From contig CAUYUJ010000327.1 of the NCBI GenBank assembly GCA_963575745.1, forward strand, positions 62,001 through 115,327: 53,327 nucleotides of DNA, in the 5' to 3' direction. Within the stretch, counting starts at the first letter, position 1. Each line of letters begins with the position of its first letter. Source of the DNA: Prorocentrum cordatum. Lineage: Eukaryota. The position numbers and the translations under genes are program-made. Positions 24,336-34,647 of the stretch are shown here, piece by piece. Below the pieces are notes generated by a model, which was not told where the DNA came from, did no database searches, and was given only the letters and a program-made list of their open reading frames with translations.

Positions 24336-24572
24336 AATCAAGCAGTGGCGAAGCGTCCTGGCGTGCCTGCAGTCCTACCTAGCACTGTTCTAAGAACCTT
24401 TTGTGGTTTCGACGAAGTGTTCTTAGAACATTTCTGGCTGGGACTGTCTTGTTTTAACACATCGGATTAATGTTCTAAGAGCATTGTTTCTGTTATCCGA
24501 AAATTTGGGGGTTCATCGAACATTTCGTGGTAGGGCTATAGAAATGCCGGGACGGTCGGTTCCTGCTCAAAG
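24336..24572 (+). repeat. ~235-bp interspersed repeat, copy 2
   Basis: Colinear with 23251-23487. Confidence 0.8.
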
Positions 24573-24652
24573 GAATATTCGATTAGACTTCTTAAGAGCG
24601 GCCTTTCGCCGACTACTCCGAGTTTCGACTAGACTAGGATACTCGACTCGAC

Positions 24653-24796
24653 TACTCCGAGTTTCTTAATAAGCGTCGGGGGGGGCGTCACCCCCGCCGA
24701 CAGCCCCACATCGACCCCCGTCGCGGCGCGACGACGAGGCGAGGTTGACCCCCGTCGGGGGCGTACCCCCCCACGCTTATTAAGAAACCCAGTGTA
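24653..24796. mobile_element. Small TA-bounded MITE
   Basis: TIRs tactccgagtttcttaataagcgt / acgcttattaagaaacccagtgta. Confidence 0.7.
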
Positions 24797-25220
24797 TAAT
24801 TATGAGCGGCCTTTCGCCGGATTGACCTCTGGTGCGGGCCCAGTGGGGTCCTCCGATCGCAGAACGCGAAGCGGTAGCAGCGGCTTGCACGCCCAGGTTT
24901 GACCACCCCGCATCCCCCGTTAAGCCGCGTACCAGATGTCACTCTTGCCTAGTAGCGTCACTCTTGCGTGTAGCCAGAAGACGGTCTGGAGTTCTGGCTT
25001 GGGGCGTCGGCCGGCGGTTCTGGCCCACCACGGTTCGGCGCGACACGCTATCCACGTCGCGGTCCCCAGGCGCCCATATCCCGAGTTGTCCTTGGACGCG
25101 CTCTCCGCTAGCAGGGCATAACAGCGACAAGTCTTTCATGCTACCAGGGGCTCCCTCCTAATTAAGCTCTCGACTGGCAATCAAAATCGTCCTTCCCCTC
25201 CTCGTCCTTCCGCTTCCCGC

Positions 25221-25755
<535 letters not shown>

Positions 25756-26095
25756 CTTGTGTTCCAACTGTCTTATTGTGTCTGAAGCCCGACGGGGCCG
25801 GGCGGCCACTCGAACGCGTTGGCGTCCGCTCCCGCACGGGGACGAAACACATATCCGTGGCTTCGCGGCCCCGGTCCCCCTGGGACGCGAACCCGCGGAG
25901 ACCGGGGGCGGCAAAGAGGGGGGTGATGACTAGGGATGGGGGGGGATTTCATGGCGTGGGCCGTGATTTTTCAGATCTCATGGCGCCTCCTCTTATTCAC
26001 TACGTCCCTTGCCCCCCCCCCTTGGGCCGCGCTCATGCCGCCGGCCATGATTTGCACCCCCCCCTCTTGGACACCCCCCTCTTGGCCGCCCCCGA
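25756..26095 (+). repeat. 340-bp direct repeat, copy 1 (ends in a MITE)
   Basis: Highly similar to 35831-36170, from cttgtgttccaactgtc to ggccgcccccga. Confidence 0.85.
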
Positions 26096-27088
26096 GGATA
26101 CGCGGCGTGGTGTCGCGGATGCCCTGCGCGGAGTGTGGCCGTTCGACCGCGCATCCGCGGGATGGTTCCTCGGAATCCAGGCTGCGAGGACGCGGATACT
26201 GATACTTTCGCCGTTCGCGACTCGCTGCTCACAAACAGCTTTCCGGCACCCCCTCCAGATCCGACGTTGCCCAAAAATGCAGCATTGCACACAACTTCGC
26301 CACCAGAGCCCTATACCCCAACCTTTTCGCGTCATGCTCCGAGCCGGATCGACCTGTGAGGGTCCCAGCGTCCGAAATCGGGCGAAAATGCCCAGTGCGA
26401 AGAAATTGCACCGCCCAGATCTCAGGGTCGCGACTCGCTGCAGACAAAAATTATCCCGGCAAAGCAACCTAACAGCCATGTGTAGGAGCCGGCCGGGGCA
26501 GCCGGCCGCCCTCCCCTCCTGCTCGTCCTCCTCCTCCTCCTCCTGCTCGTCCTCGTGCTCCTCCTGCTCGTCCTCTTTCTCCTGCTCCTCCTCCTCCTCC
26601 TCCTCCTCCTCCTCATCATCATTTTTCTCCTGCTCCTCCTCCTCCTCCTCCTCCTCCTCCTCCTCTTCCTCCTGCTCGTCCTCGTTCTCGTCCTCCTCGT
26701 CTTGCTCGTCCTCCTCCTCCTGGTGCTCTCTCCTCCTCCTCCTCCTCCTCCTCCTCCTCCTCCTCCTCCTCCTCCTGGTGGTCCTCGTTCTCCTTCTCCT
26801 GGTGCTCTCCCCCCCCTCCTCCTCCTCGTCCTCCTCCTCCTCCTCCTCGTCCTCCTCCTCCTCTTCCTCCTCCTCCTCCTCCTCCTCCTCCTCCTCCTCC
26901 TCCTCCAGCTGCTGTCGCGGCACAAATCCCACTCTTCTTCGCAGCTTCTGGAACCGCCAGGGCACTCCCTTCAGAGGCAGCGATGTGCTCTCCGCCCATG
27001 CGGGGCCCGCGCTCTCCGTGAGAGGGAGCGGACCGTACCCGACGCCGCCGCAGGCTCCTCGCCGTGTGCGGCGGCGACAGCGTGGACA

Positions 27089-27984
27089 ATGACGACGACA
27101 TCGGGTGCGGCCCCTTCCAGATTTTTGCGTGCTGTGACGTACAACCCAATGCATCTGTGTGGAATGCGAGGGGAAGAGGTCTCATCGGAGTTCGGGAACG
27201 TGGGGGCGGTCCTATTGCAGGGAACAGGTCGGAGAAAGCTGGCGGACGAACCTCATCGTGTGTTCCGCCACTCTCGTCATTATGAATTATCGTTTGGTTT
27301 CTCGAGGTCTTCGAACAAATCATGTGGAACGAGTATCATGCTGCACAGTAAGGTCTTCCCGCAGCGCTGCATTAGACGTATTTTCTGCCCGCCCGTGGAT
27401 TTGGAGGGGAGGTGTGGCGCCGTGCGCCTGAAGTCTGGATCCCTTGATGTGTTGTTCGTGACTCTGTATTTTCCAGTATACTCGAGCATGCGGGCGGGCC
27501 GTGATGAGCAGAAACGGAAGGTACACAAGATGCTGGCCTGGCTACGAAATTTGTTATTATCCACGGGGGGACGGTGCACTCCCATTGTTGGCATGGACCT
27601 GAACGACGGGTTGGGCAGAGCTCGTGAGTTCATCTTCGAGGGCGAGGCTATTCCTGTTGAGGAGGAGGTGGGGGTGAATGCTTGTATCGGTGAATTCGAC
27701 GCGGACCTTGAGGGCGTCGCGGGCAGTGCTCTGCGTCAGACCATGGGGGATACACACATGTGCGCAATCAACACATTTTACCCGCTGGGACCTACATTCC
27801 ACGGGGTGGGCGACTCTTCGTCTCGGATCGACTTCCTGGTGATCCCTCAGCAGCTGCGCCTACACGTGGAGAAATGCACGATTCTGCACGGAGCTGGTCG
27901 ACGACTTCAACCGATTTCGACGCTGGACGATCGAGAGCACAGACCCATTTATCTGCAAGTGAAGTATGACTTTCAGGCTCAGTT
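27089..27984 (+). CDS. APE/EEP-family endonuclease domain of the retrotransposon polyprotein
   Basis: Ordered EEP motifs VTYNP, LLQGT, SCGTSIML, TLYFP, VGMDLND, MCAINTF, PTF, SRIDFL, EHRPI. Frameshifts into the RT frame near 27985. Confidence 0.85.
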
Positions 27985-30327
27985 GTGGACAGAACGCCGC
28001 CATGGGATTTCGATAGGATTATGCGCTCTGTCTCTCAGGGCACCGCGTGCACGGATGCGATCGAGGCCATACACTCGGCAGTCACGTCGATCCCCGAGGA
28101 CGAATGGATCAGCCTGTGTGCCCGAGCTACACCTGATGAAGTATGGAACTCGATCATGAGCGTGATGACTACGACGGCGATGGACACTTTCTCAAAGAAA
28201 TCCGACCTGGAGGCAGAAAAATCAGTATTGGAAAGGGAGCGCTCAGAATTGTTGCAAGCACGGAAGAAGTTCAAGGGCATACACATTGGGAGTCTGGGCA
28301 GTTCTGGTATTCTTAGTACGTATGAGGTGGCCCGTCTGGAGCAACGTTTGGAACTGGAACTTCAGCTGGCACGAACGACTTTTCGGATTCGTCGCCTCTC
28401 GAAGCTGATCAATAAAGAACGAGAGGCATCACTGACCTTGGAGCTGAACAACGCATGGAAGTCGCACGACCACTACAACGTCCAGAGGCTTATCAGACGA
28501 CTATCTAGGCGTGGGGCAGGTCCTCGGCACAGGAAGTATTTTGCATTGAAGTCGGAAAATAGTGAAGCTCATGAGATCTCCGCTTTTCTGTGCCGACCTG
28601 CGGTCGAGGGTGGCCTCGGTGCTGCGACATGCGACTTGCAAAAGGAATTGTTGGATCGTTTTGAAAGACCTCACTCCGACGGTTGGGATGTCTCCGAGGA
28701 GGTTCGCTACAACGCCATGCAGATGGAGAACATAGCGGACGCTCGTACCGATTTGATGGGCATCGTGCGGCAGCTGAGGCGTGCTCCAAAAAGACGGGCA
28801 ACTCCGTTTTGGTCTTTACCTTCGGAGCTCTGGCTTCTGCTCCTGGATCCCGCTTGCTGGGAGCAATTTCGTGGTGGTGGAGTGGGGGCGGATCTTCTTC
28901 CTGCGACTTCGACGGCTTTTACGGAGCGCTTTTTAGATGTCTTAGCTTGCTTTCGGCGGACAGCGTCCACTCCTTTGATCTTTGATGTATCCTCCTGCTG
29001 TGGTTTGGACAAGCATAACGGAAAGTTGGGAGCTGAGAGTCAACGCTGGATTCATTTATTCTGCCCGCTGGGCAAGGCGTGGAATTCGCACTTATGGGTC
29101 AGAGCACGTCGGCATCGGGATGCACTACCATATGTATGTCATGGGTTTGCAAAAAAGCGCAGACGGGAAGATGCGATTTTAACGCAGTGCTGCACGTCCT
29201 GGCGTTTGCAGAGGCAGGGCTACTCGCACGTGATCGTCAACGAGGATGCCACCAACGCGTTCTCCAGCGTATCGCGAGACATCATGCTGGACACACTGCC
29301 CCTGTTGTATCTTGAAGAGGACGTCAGGTTTCAACATCAGCGCATCATTCAGAGTGCGTGCCAGATTATCACATCGGGCGAAACCATCAGCTTGCGCCCC
29401 AGCACGGGCGACTTCATGGGCCATCCAAATGCTGCACGGGGCTTTCCATACTACTACCAGAAGGGGTTGGAGCCGTTCTTTGAAATTCGACAGCGGACGA
29501 CCTCCTGTTCGATGGCGTTGGTCACCGAGCCGAACGGGGTCTCCACGGACGTGGGCTTGTCATTGTTCGCGGACGATATCACGAAGCATGTTATCCCTGG
29601 GCCAGGTCCACCTCCGCAGCGTATGGGAGGCGAAGCTCAGCATCTGCTGGCGCTCGCGCGTGTCAGCAGCGATCACTTACAGCGGGCCTTGGCCCAGATC
29701 GGAGTCGCCCTCAACCCTGACAAAAGAGTCTCCCTCGTAAAGATCGTCGGTCCTGGATCTCTCGGGCAACGTCGTCTGATCTTCAGCGGGGCCGTGAAAA
29801 CCAAAGGCAAGGTGGGGAGGTTCATGAGAGTCTTGGGCGGGTGGCTGACCACGAGTGGATCCCTCCAGGTTGAAAAAGTGAAACGCATTCAAGCGGGACG
29901 GGCGGGGCTCGGTAAGATCTCCATGTTTTTGAGGCACCCTGCAGTCTTGAGCGTGAAGCGCATGGCGGTGATCGCGTTCGTTCAGTCGGCCCTGCTCTCG
30001 GGGATGGAGGCACTTATTCCAGATAAGAGTTTTTGTGCTGCAGCTGATCAGGTTTTACAGCAGGCGACGAGGAGGGGAATGGGCATCTTGGGCCTCGAGG
30101 AACATGGCGAGCAGGAGCTGCGCCGCTGGTCGGCGGATCGCATGTGCGGTCATTGGCGAATCCTTCCGTGCGAGCAGGAACTTCGTGTCCGTCGGTTGCG
30201 TTGGCATCAGAGTTGGAGTCGGTACCCTGAGGCACACCGACAAGCGAGGGCAAGTGTTTTTGGGCGCTTGGGCGACGAGGAGGTGATCACGTCTTCCTGG
30301 ACTCGGACGGAAAATGCGAATCCCTGA
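27985..30327 (+). CDS. Non-LTR reverse transcriptase domain
   Basis: HGFAKKRRREDAI, VNEDATNAFSSV, GDFMGHPNA, catalytic LFADDI (~29566-29577), GVALNPDK, MRVLGGWL. The TGA at 30325-30327 is in frame with the downstream zinc-finger region. Confidence 0.9.
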   Translation: MDRTPPWDFDRIMRSVSQGTACTDAIEAIHSAVTSIPEDEWISLCARATPDEVWNSIMSVMTTTAMDTFSKKSDLEAEKSVLERERSELLQARKKFKGIHIGSLGSSGILSTYEVARLEQRLELELQLARTTFRIRRLSKLINKEREASLTLELNNAWKSHDHYNVQRLIRRLSRRGAGPRHRKYFALKSENSEAHEISAFLCRPAVEGGLGAATCDLQKELLDRFERPHSDGWDVSEEVRYNAMQMENIADARTDLMGIVRQLRRAPKRRATPFWSLPSELWLLLLDPACWEQFRGGGVGADLLPATSTAFTERFLDVLACFRRTASTPLIFDVSSCCGLDKHNGKLGAESQRWIHLFCPLGKAWNSHLWVRARRHRDALPYVCHGFAKKRRREDAILTQCCTSWRLQRQGYSHVIVNEDATNAFSSVSRDIMLDTLPLLYLEEDVRFQHQRIIQSACQIITSGETISLRPSTGDFMGHPNAARGFPYYYQKGLEPFFEIRQRTTSCSMALVTEPNGVSTDVGLSLFADDITKHVIPGPGPPPQRMGGEAQHLLALARVSSDHLQRALAQIGVALNPDKRVSLVKIVGPGSLGQRRLIFSGAVKTKGKVGRFMRVLGGWLTTSGSLQVEKVKRIQAGRAGLGKISMFLRHPAVLSVKRMAVIAFVQSALLSGMEALIPDKSFCAAADQVLQQATRRGMGILGLEEHGEQELRRWSADRMCGHWRILPCEQELRVRRLRWHQSWSRYPEAHRQARASVFGRLGDEEVITSSWTRTENANP

Positions 30328-31791
30328 GCCCTTCAGGTTCTGGACGATCTACGTATCGGTTTCGACGGCTCCGAGGAGCTCCAGGATTTGCTGCCGTCTG
30401 GGTACCCTCTCTTGAAGCTCCTGTTCGATCAAGAGTTTGACAAGTGGGCCGACATCGATTTCTCGATCCTGAGGGCGAAAGCTTTCTCGAGGGCGGTCCC
30501 TCCTCCTGGATTCGGCTCGCCGTTCCCCCTGGAGTTCGAGGGCGTGGAGGTGGAGTGGTCAGGGCCCTTTCAGTGCAATCTTTCGTCGGCGGTGGGCGGG
30601 GTCTGCGGGGAGCGTTTCGAGTCATTGAAGAAACTGCTGCTTCATGCTGGTCGGGTGCATGCTGTGAGGAATGAGGCTAGCTTGCTTACTGTCACCAACC
30701 AATGCTTTCGTTGTCTGCAAGCGCTAGCCTCTCGGGAGAACGCGGCACGCCACGTGATGCGGTCTTATCAACGCAACAGGTGTGCTCTGGGTCGAAGCTC
30801 GTATACGCAGCGCGAAGTCATCCAGCCCCCGTTGCTCACCTGCCCCGTATGCAGTTACTTGGCTCGAGATCTTCATTCGCTTCAACTTCACATACGTTCC
30901 CACTGTTCGCTGCCTGCCCCGACGTTGTCTCGCCGTCGGCTTCAGCATGTCTGCCGCTATGAACCTGGACGAGTTGCTGCGGGGGCACAAGGAAAAGGCG
31001 CAGTCTCCTCCCGACGGCGAGGGTCAGGCAAGGAAAAAAGGGCGAGTTGGTACGATGGCCGACGACGCCGACGACGAGCCGGCAAAAGTGGAGGGGGCCT
31101 TGAAGGCCAAGGACCTGCAGCAAGCGGTCAGCATCCTCTTGAAGATGGCGTGCATGCACGCCCAGATGTTGCGGGACTTGGCGGCGTCGGAGTGGATCTC
31201 AGTCGTGGCCCCAGTCGAGTGCCCGCCCATCGTTGCGTCCAGGGCTGCAGGGAAAAAGTACGCCGAAGTGACCGCCATCCAGGAGCTGAAAACGAAAGTG
31301 GGCCCTCCACATTTGCACATCGCACAAGCCGCGTTCAAATCATTGAGCGAGGACGACAAGGTTCGCACGCTGCTGGAGCCGCATCAAGTTTTGAAGGCTT
31401 TCTACGAGCAGTTCATTTCGAAAGCAGCGACGGACGAGTTGGGATTGGTCATTCGCCACTTCCGAGTGCGGAAATGCTACAACGAGAAGTTCGTGCGCCT
31501 GCAGTTCAGCATCGCGGAGGGTTTCCAGATCGGGATGGGCGAGAACCAGCCTGCCGTGACGAAGCTGTCCCTGGAGCAGGCCACGATCAAGGCGCTGGTG
31601 CACCTCGACGGTCGTCTCAAGCTCGGAACGGCACCGGTGGGCCACCTGGAACTGATGGCCCAGAAGTTGCTGGATCGCTCGAAGCCCAAGGATCAGCGCG
31701 GGAAAGCTCGCGGGAGTCTCGCTTGATGGCACTACGGGAACGGATTCGTATCAGAGAGCTGGCGGCGTGCTCATCGGGGGCACCTTCATAA
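30328..31791 (+). CDS. C-terminal continuation of the RT ORF after the in-frame TGA, with three C2H2-type zinc fingers
   Basis: Same frame as 27985. C-x9-C-x12-H-x4-H, CFRC-x12-H and CPVC-x12-H-x3-H motifs end at ~30903; the frame stays open to 31791 but the tail may not be functional. Confidence 0.75.
   Translation, partial: ALQVLDDLRIGFDGSEELQDLLPSGYPLLKLLFDQEFDKWADIDFSILRAKAFSRAVPPPGFGSPFPLEFEGVEVEWSGPFQCNLSSAVGGVCGERFESLKKLLLHAGRVHAVRNEASLLTVTNQCFRCLQALASRENAARHVMRSYQRNRCALGRSSYTQREVIQPPLLTCPVCSYLARDLHSLQLHIRSHCSLPAPTLSRRRLQHVCRYEPGRVAAGAQGKGAVSSRRRGSGKEKRASWYDGRRRRRRAGKSGGGLEGQGPAASGQHPLEDGVHARPDVAGLGGVGVDLSRGPSRVPAHRCVQGCREKVRRSDRHPGAENESGPSTFAHRTSRVQIIERGRQGSHAAGAASSFEGFLRAVHFESSDGRVGIGHSPLPSAEMLQREVRAPAVQHRGGFPDRDGREPACRDEAVPGAGHDQGAGAPRRSSQARNGTGGPPGTDGPEVAGSLEAQGSARESSRESRLMALRERIRIRELAACSSGAPS
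30947..31726 (+). CDS. 259-aa ORF of unknown function downstream of and overlapping the RT ORF (+1 frame)
   Basis: Uninterrupted ORF with G/C-ending codons and globular composition: a basic N-terminal patch (RKKGR), then helical segments with GPPHLH and GTAPVGHLE motifs. Confidence 0.8.
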   Translation: MSAAMNLDELLRGHKEKAQSPPDGEGQARKKGRVGTMADDADDEPAKVEGALKAKDLQQAVSILLKMACMHAQMLRDLAASEWISVVAPVECPPIVASRAAGKKYAEVTAIQELKTKVGPPHLHIAQAAFKSLSEDDKVRTLLEPHQVLKAFYEQFISKAATDELGLVIRHFRVRKCYNEKFVRLQFSIAEGFQIGMGENQPAVTKLSLEQATIKALVHLDGRLKLGTAPVGHLELMAQKLLDRSKPKDQRGKARGSLA

Positions 31792-33274
31792 TTGTGGGCA
31801 GGGCTGGTCAGAACGCGCCACCCGCGGGGTGTGCTCAGAGTCGCCACTGGCCCTTCGTCCTGTCCAGGGGGCTTGGGCTGGAGTGCGCTCGCTCTCGCCC
31901 ACCTTATGCGGCAGGGCGGGGGTCAGGTTTTGCTGCCTCGAAGGCCCGCGCCGCTCGTCGCGTATTCCATACTACTTCTGAGTTCACGGTGTGACTTGGT
32001 CTGACGGGTGGACTACTCTATGGGCGTCTACATACCTGACCAATTTTGATTTCGTGAACTCGTTCAATGTGAACACGTTCATAGTCCAAATCTTCTTCTT
32101 CGACGGGGTCGTCGCCACCCCCTGAGCCCGATGAGCCTCGCCTCGCCGTACTTCGAGGCACCGTGCCGCCACCGTCCTCCTTCTGGTCTTCTCTCCGTGC
32201 AGTTTCCGTTCAGAGGATCGGTGGCTTTTTTGATTTTGTGGGCCCACTCCCCCCTCCGTTGCTGTGCTGCTTGCCCGCTCTCCCTCTGCTTTGTCCTCGC
32301 CCCCTCCTTCGTTCTTGCTCGTCCTCTCTGTCGCCTCTCTTGCCCCGTCGTTCCTCTCGCGTCCGTCGTGTGCCTGCTGGGGAGTGGGCCCGAATTCGGG
32401 AGGGCTCGGGCGCTCCAGGGGCCATCCTGGGGCCCGCCGTCCTGGAGGTACGGCTCCTGCGGAGCCCGAGAGGTCGCTCGCCTCCCGCTCGCATGGGTTT
32501 CACTGTTTGCGATCGGTCTCGCACTCGTTCGAATGCTGGGCTGCACGGTGCGCTTTACCCTGACCTCGAGTGTTATCTCGTTCGTTCGACTGTCAGAGGT
32601 TCTTTGTTGTAGATTATTGAATCAGCAGCAGCAGGCATGAGACTTCAGACATGCAGCGCAAGGCCGAGTCTTTTTCTTCTTCTTCTTCCTCCTCCTCCTC
32701 CTCCTCCTGGTAGTCCTCCCCCTCCCCTCCTCCTCCTCCTCCTCCTCTTCCTGGTCGCCCTCGTTCTCGTCCTCGTCGTCTTGCTCGTCCTCCTCCTCCT
32801 GGTGTTCTCTCCTCCTCCTCCTCCTCCTCCTCCTGCTCCTCCTCCTCCTCCTCCTCCCTCCTCCTCCTCCTCCTCCTCCTGGTGGTCCTCGTTCTCCTCC
32901 TCCTGGTGCTCTCCCCCCCCTCCTCTCCTCTCCTCCTCCTCTCCTCCTCCTCCTCCTCCTCCTCCTCCTCCCCTCCTCCTCTCCTCCTCTTCCTCCTCCT
33001 CATCCTCCTCCTCCTCCTCCTCCTCTCCTCCTCCTCCTCCTCCTCCTCCTCCTCCTCCTCCTGGTAGTCCTCCCCCTCACCTCCTCCTCCTCCTCCTCCT
33101 CTCCTCCCTGGTCGTCCTCCTCCTCCTGGTCGTCCTCCTCCTCCTGCTCGTCCTCCTCCTCCTCCTGCTCGTCCTTCTTCTCCTGCTCCTCCTGCTCCTC
33201 GTCCTGCTCCTGCTCGTCCTCGTCCTCCTGGTCTTGCTCGTCCTCCTCCTCGTCGTGCTCTTGCCCCTGCTGAA

Positions 33275-33690
33275 AGTGTGGCCCAGGAATGGGAGTTCTG
33301 GGAAGTCGAAGAGCACGAAGTTGCCTACAGTTGGCTACGGGCATTCAAAATGTGGCCCGGGAATGGAGTTCTGGGAACTCGAAGAGCACGAAGTGGCCTA
33401 CAGTTGGCTCCGGGCATTCAAAATGTGGCCCGGGAATGGAGTTCTGGGAACTCGAAGAGCACGAAGTGGCCTACAGTTGGCTCCGGGCATTCAAAATGTG
33501 GCCCGGGAATGGAGTTCTGGGAACTCGAAGACCACGAAGTGGCCTACAGTTGGCTCCGGGCATTCAAAATGTGGCCCGGGAATGGAGTTCTGGGAAGTCG
33601 AAGAGCACGAAGTGGCCTACAGTTGGCTCCGGGCATTCAAAATGTGGCCCGGGAATGGAGTTCTGGGAAGTCGAAGAGCACGAAGTGTGT
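33275..33690. repeat. 73-bp tandem repeat (~5.6 units) inside Helitron-like copy 1
   Basis: aatgtggcccgggaatggagttctgggaactcgaagagcacgaagtggcctacagttggctccgggcattcaa at 33349, 33422, 33495, 33568 and (partial) 33641. Confidence 0.95.
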
Positions 33691-34647
33691 GACTGTTGGC
33701 TTAAAATGAGTTCTGCGGCACCCTGTCCGGCACCCGCCCAGACCCCCCTGTGGAGTGATCTGTGAGCTCTTTTGAGTCAATTAGAAACCTATCAGTCTTC
33801 GCTGTTAGGTAAATTATCCCGGCAAAGCAACCTAACAGCCATGTGTAGGAGCATCTCTGGGTCGAACAGCATCTCGACGAAAAGGCAGGAAGGCTCTCTT
33901 CCCCCCCCCCCCCCCTCTCTCCTCCTCCTCGTCGTCCTCCTACTCCTGCCTCCTCGTCGTCCCTCCTCCTCCGCCTCCTCCTCCTCCTCCTCCTCCTCCT
34001 CCTCCTCCTGTGGTCTCGTTGCTCTCTCCTCCTGGTGCTCTCCCCCCCCGCCTTCCTCCTCGTCCTTTTCCTCCTCCTCCTCCTCGTCCTCCTCCTCCTC
34101 CTCCTCCTCCTCGTCCTCCTCCTCCTCTTCCTCCTCCTCCTCCTCCTCCTCCTCCTCCTCCTGGTAGTCCTCCCCCTCCCCTCCTCCTCCTCCTCCTCCT
34201 CCTCTTCCTGGTCGTCCTCGTTCTCGTCCTCCTCGTCTTGCTCGTCCTCCTCCTCCTGGTGTTCTCTCCTCCTCCTCCTCCTCCTCCTCCTCCTCCTCCT
34301 CCTCCTGGTGGTCCTCGTTCTCCTCCTCCTGGTGCTCTCCCCCCCCCTCCTCCTCCTCCTCCTCGTCCTCCTCCTCCTCTTCCTCCTCCTCCTCCTCCTC
34401 CTCCTCCTCCTCCTCCTCCTCCTCCTCCTCCTCCTGGTAGTCCTCCCCCTCCCCTCCTCCTCCTCCTCCTCCTCCTCTTCCTGGTCGTCCTCCTCCTCCT
34501 GGTCGTCCTCCTCCTCCTGCTCGTCCTCATCCTCCTCCTGCTCGTCCTTCTTCTCCTGCTCCTCCTGCTCCTCGTCCTGCTCCTGCTCGTCCTCGTCCTC
34601 CTGGTCTTGCTCGTCCTCCTCCTCGTCGTGCTCTTGCCCCTGCTGAA

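Larger units (their letters stand above)
26907..32688 (+). mobile_element. Near full-length non-LTR retrotransposon (APE-RT-ZnF plus downstream ORF)
   Basis: Unique sequence begins and ends abruptly within a (CCT)n tract: ~180-nt 5' UTR, EN/RT/ZnF coding region, second ORF, ~0.9-kb 3' UTR ending in t5(ctt)n. Confidence 0.9.

Noticed and set aside
26555..27088. Leu/Pro-rich N-terminal extension of the endonuclease ORF as an ORF1 or signal peptide
   Set aside because: Mostly read-through of the flanking (CCT)n tract outside the element; the first plausible ATG is 27089.
27000..27090. HDV-like ribozyme in the LINE 5' UTR (ctcctcg loop inside the cgccgccgca/tgcggcggcg stem)
   Set aside because: The 10-bp hairpin is real, but I could not build the P1/P2/P3/P1.1 double pseudoknot; there is no room for P2, and P3 does not pair.
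32131..32640. Third, hydrophobic ORF (169 aa) in the LINE 3' UTR
   Set aside because: Its composition follows the pyrimidine-rich UTR, with no codon bias or motif.
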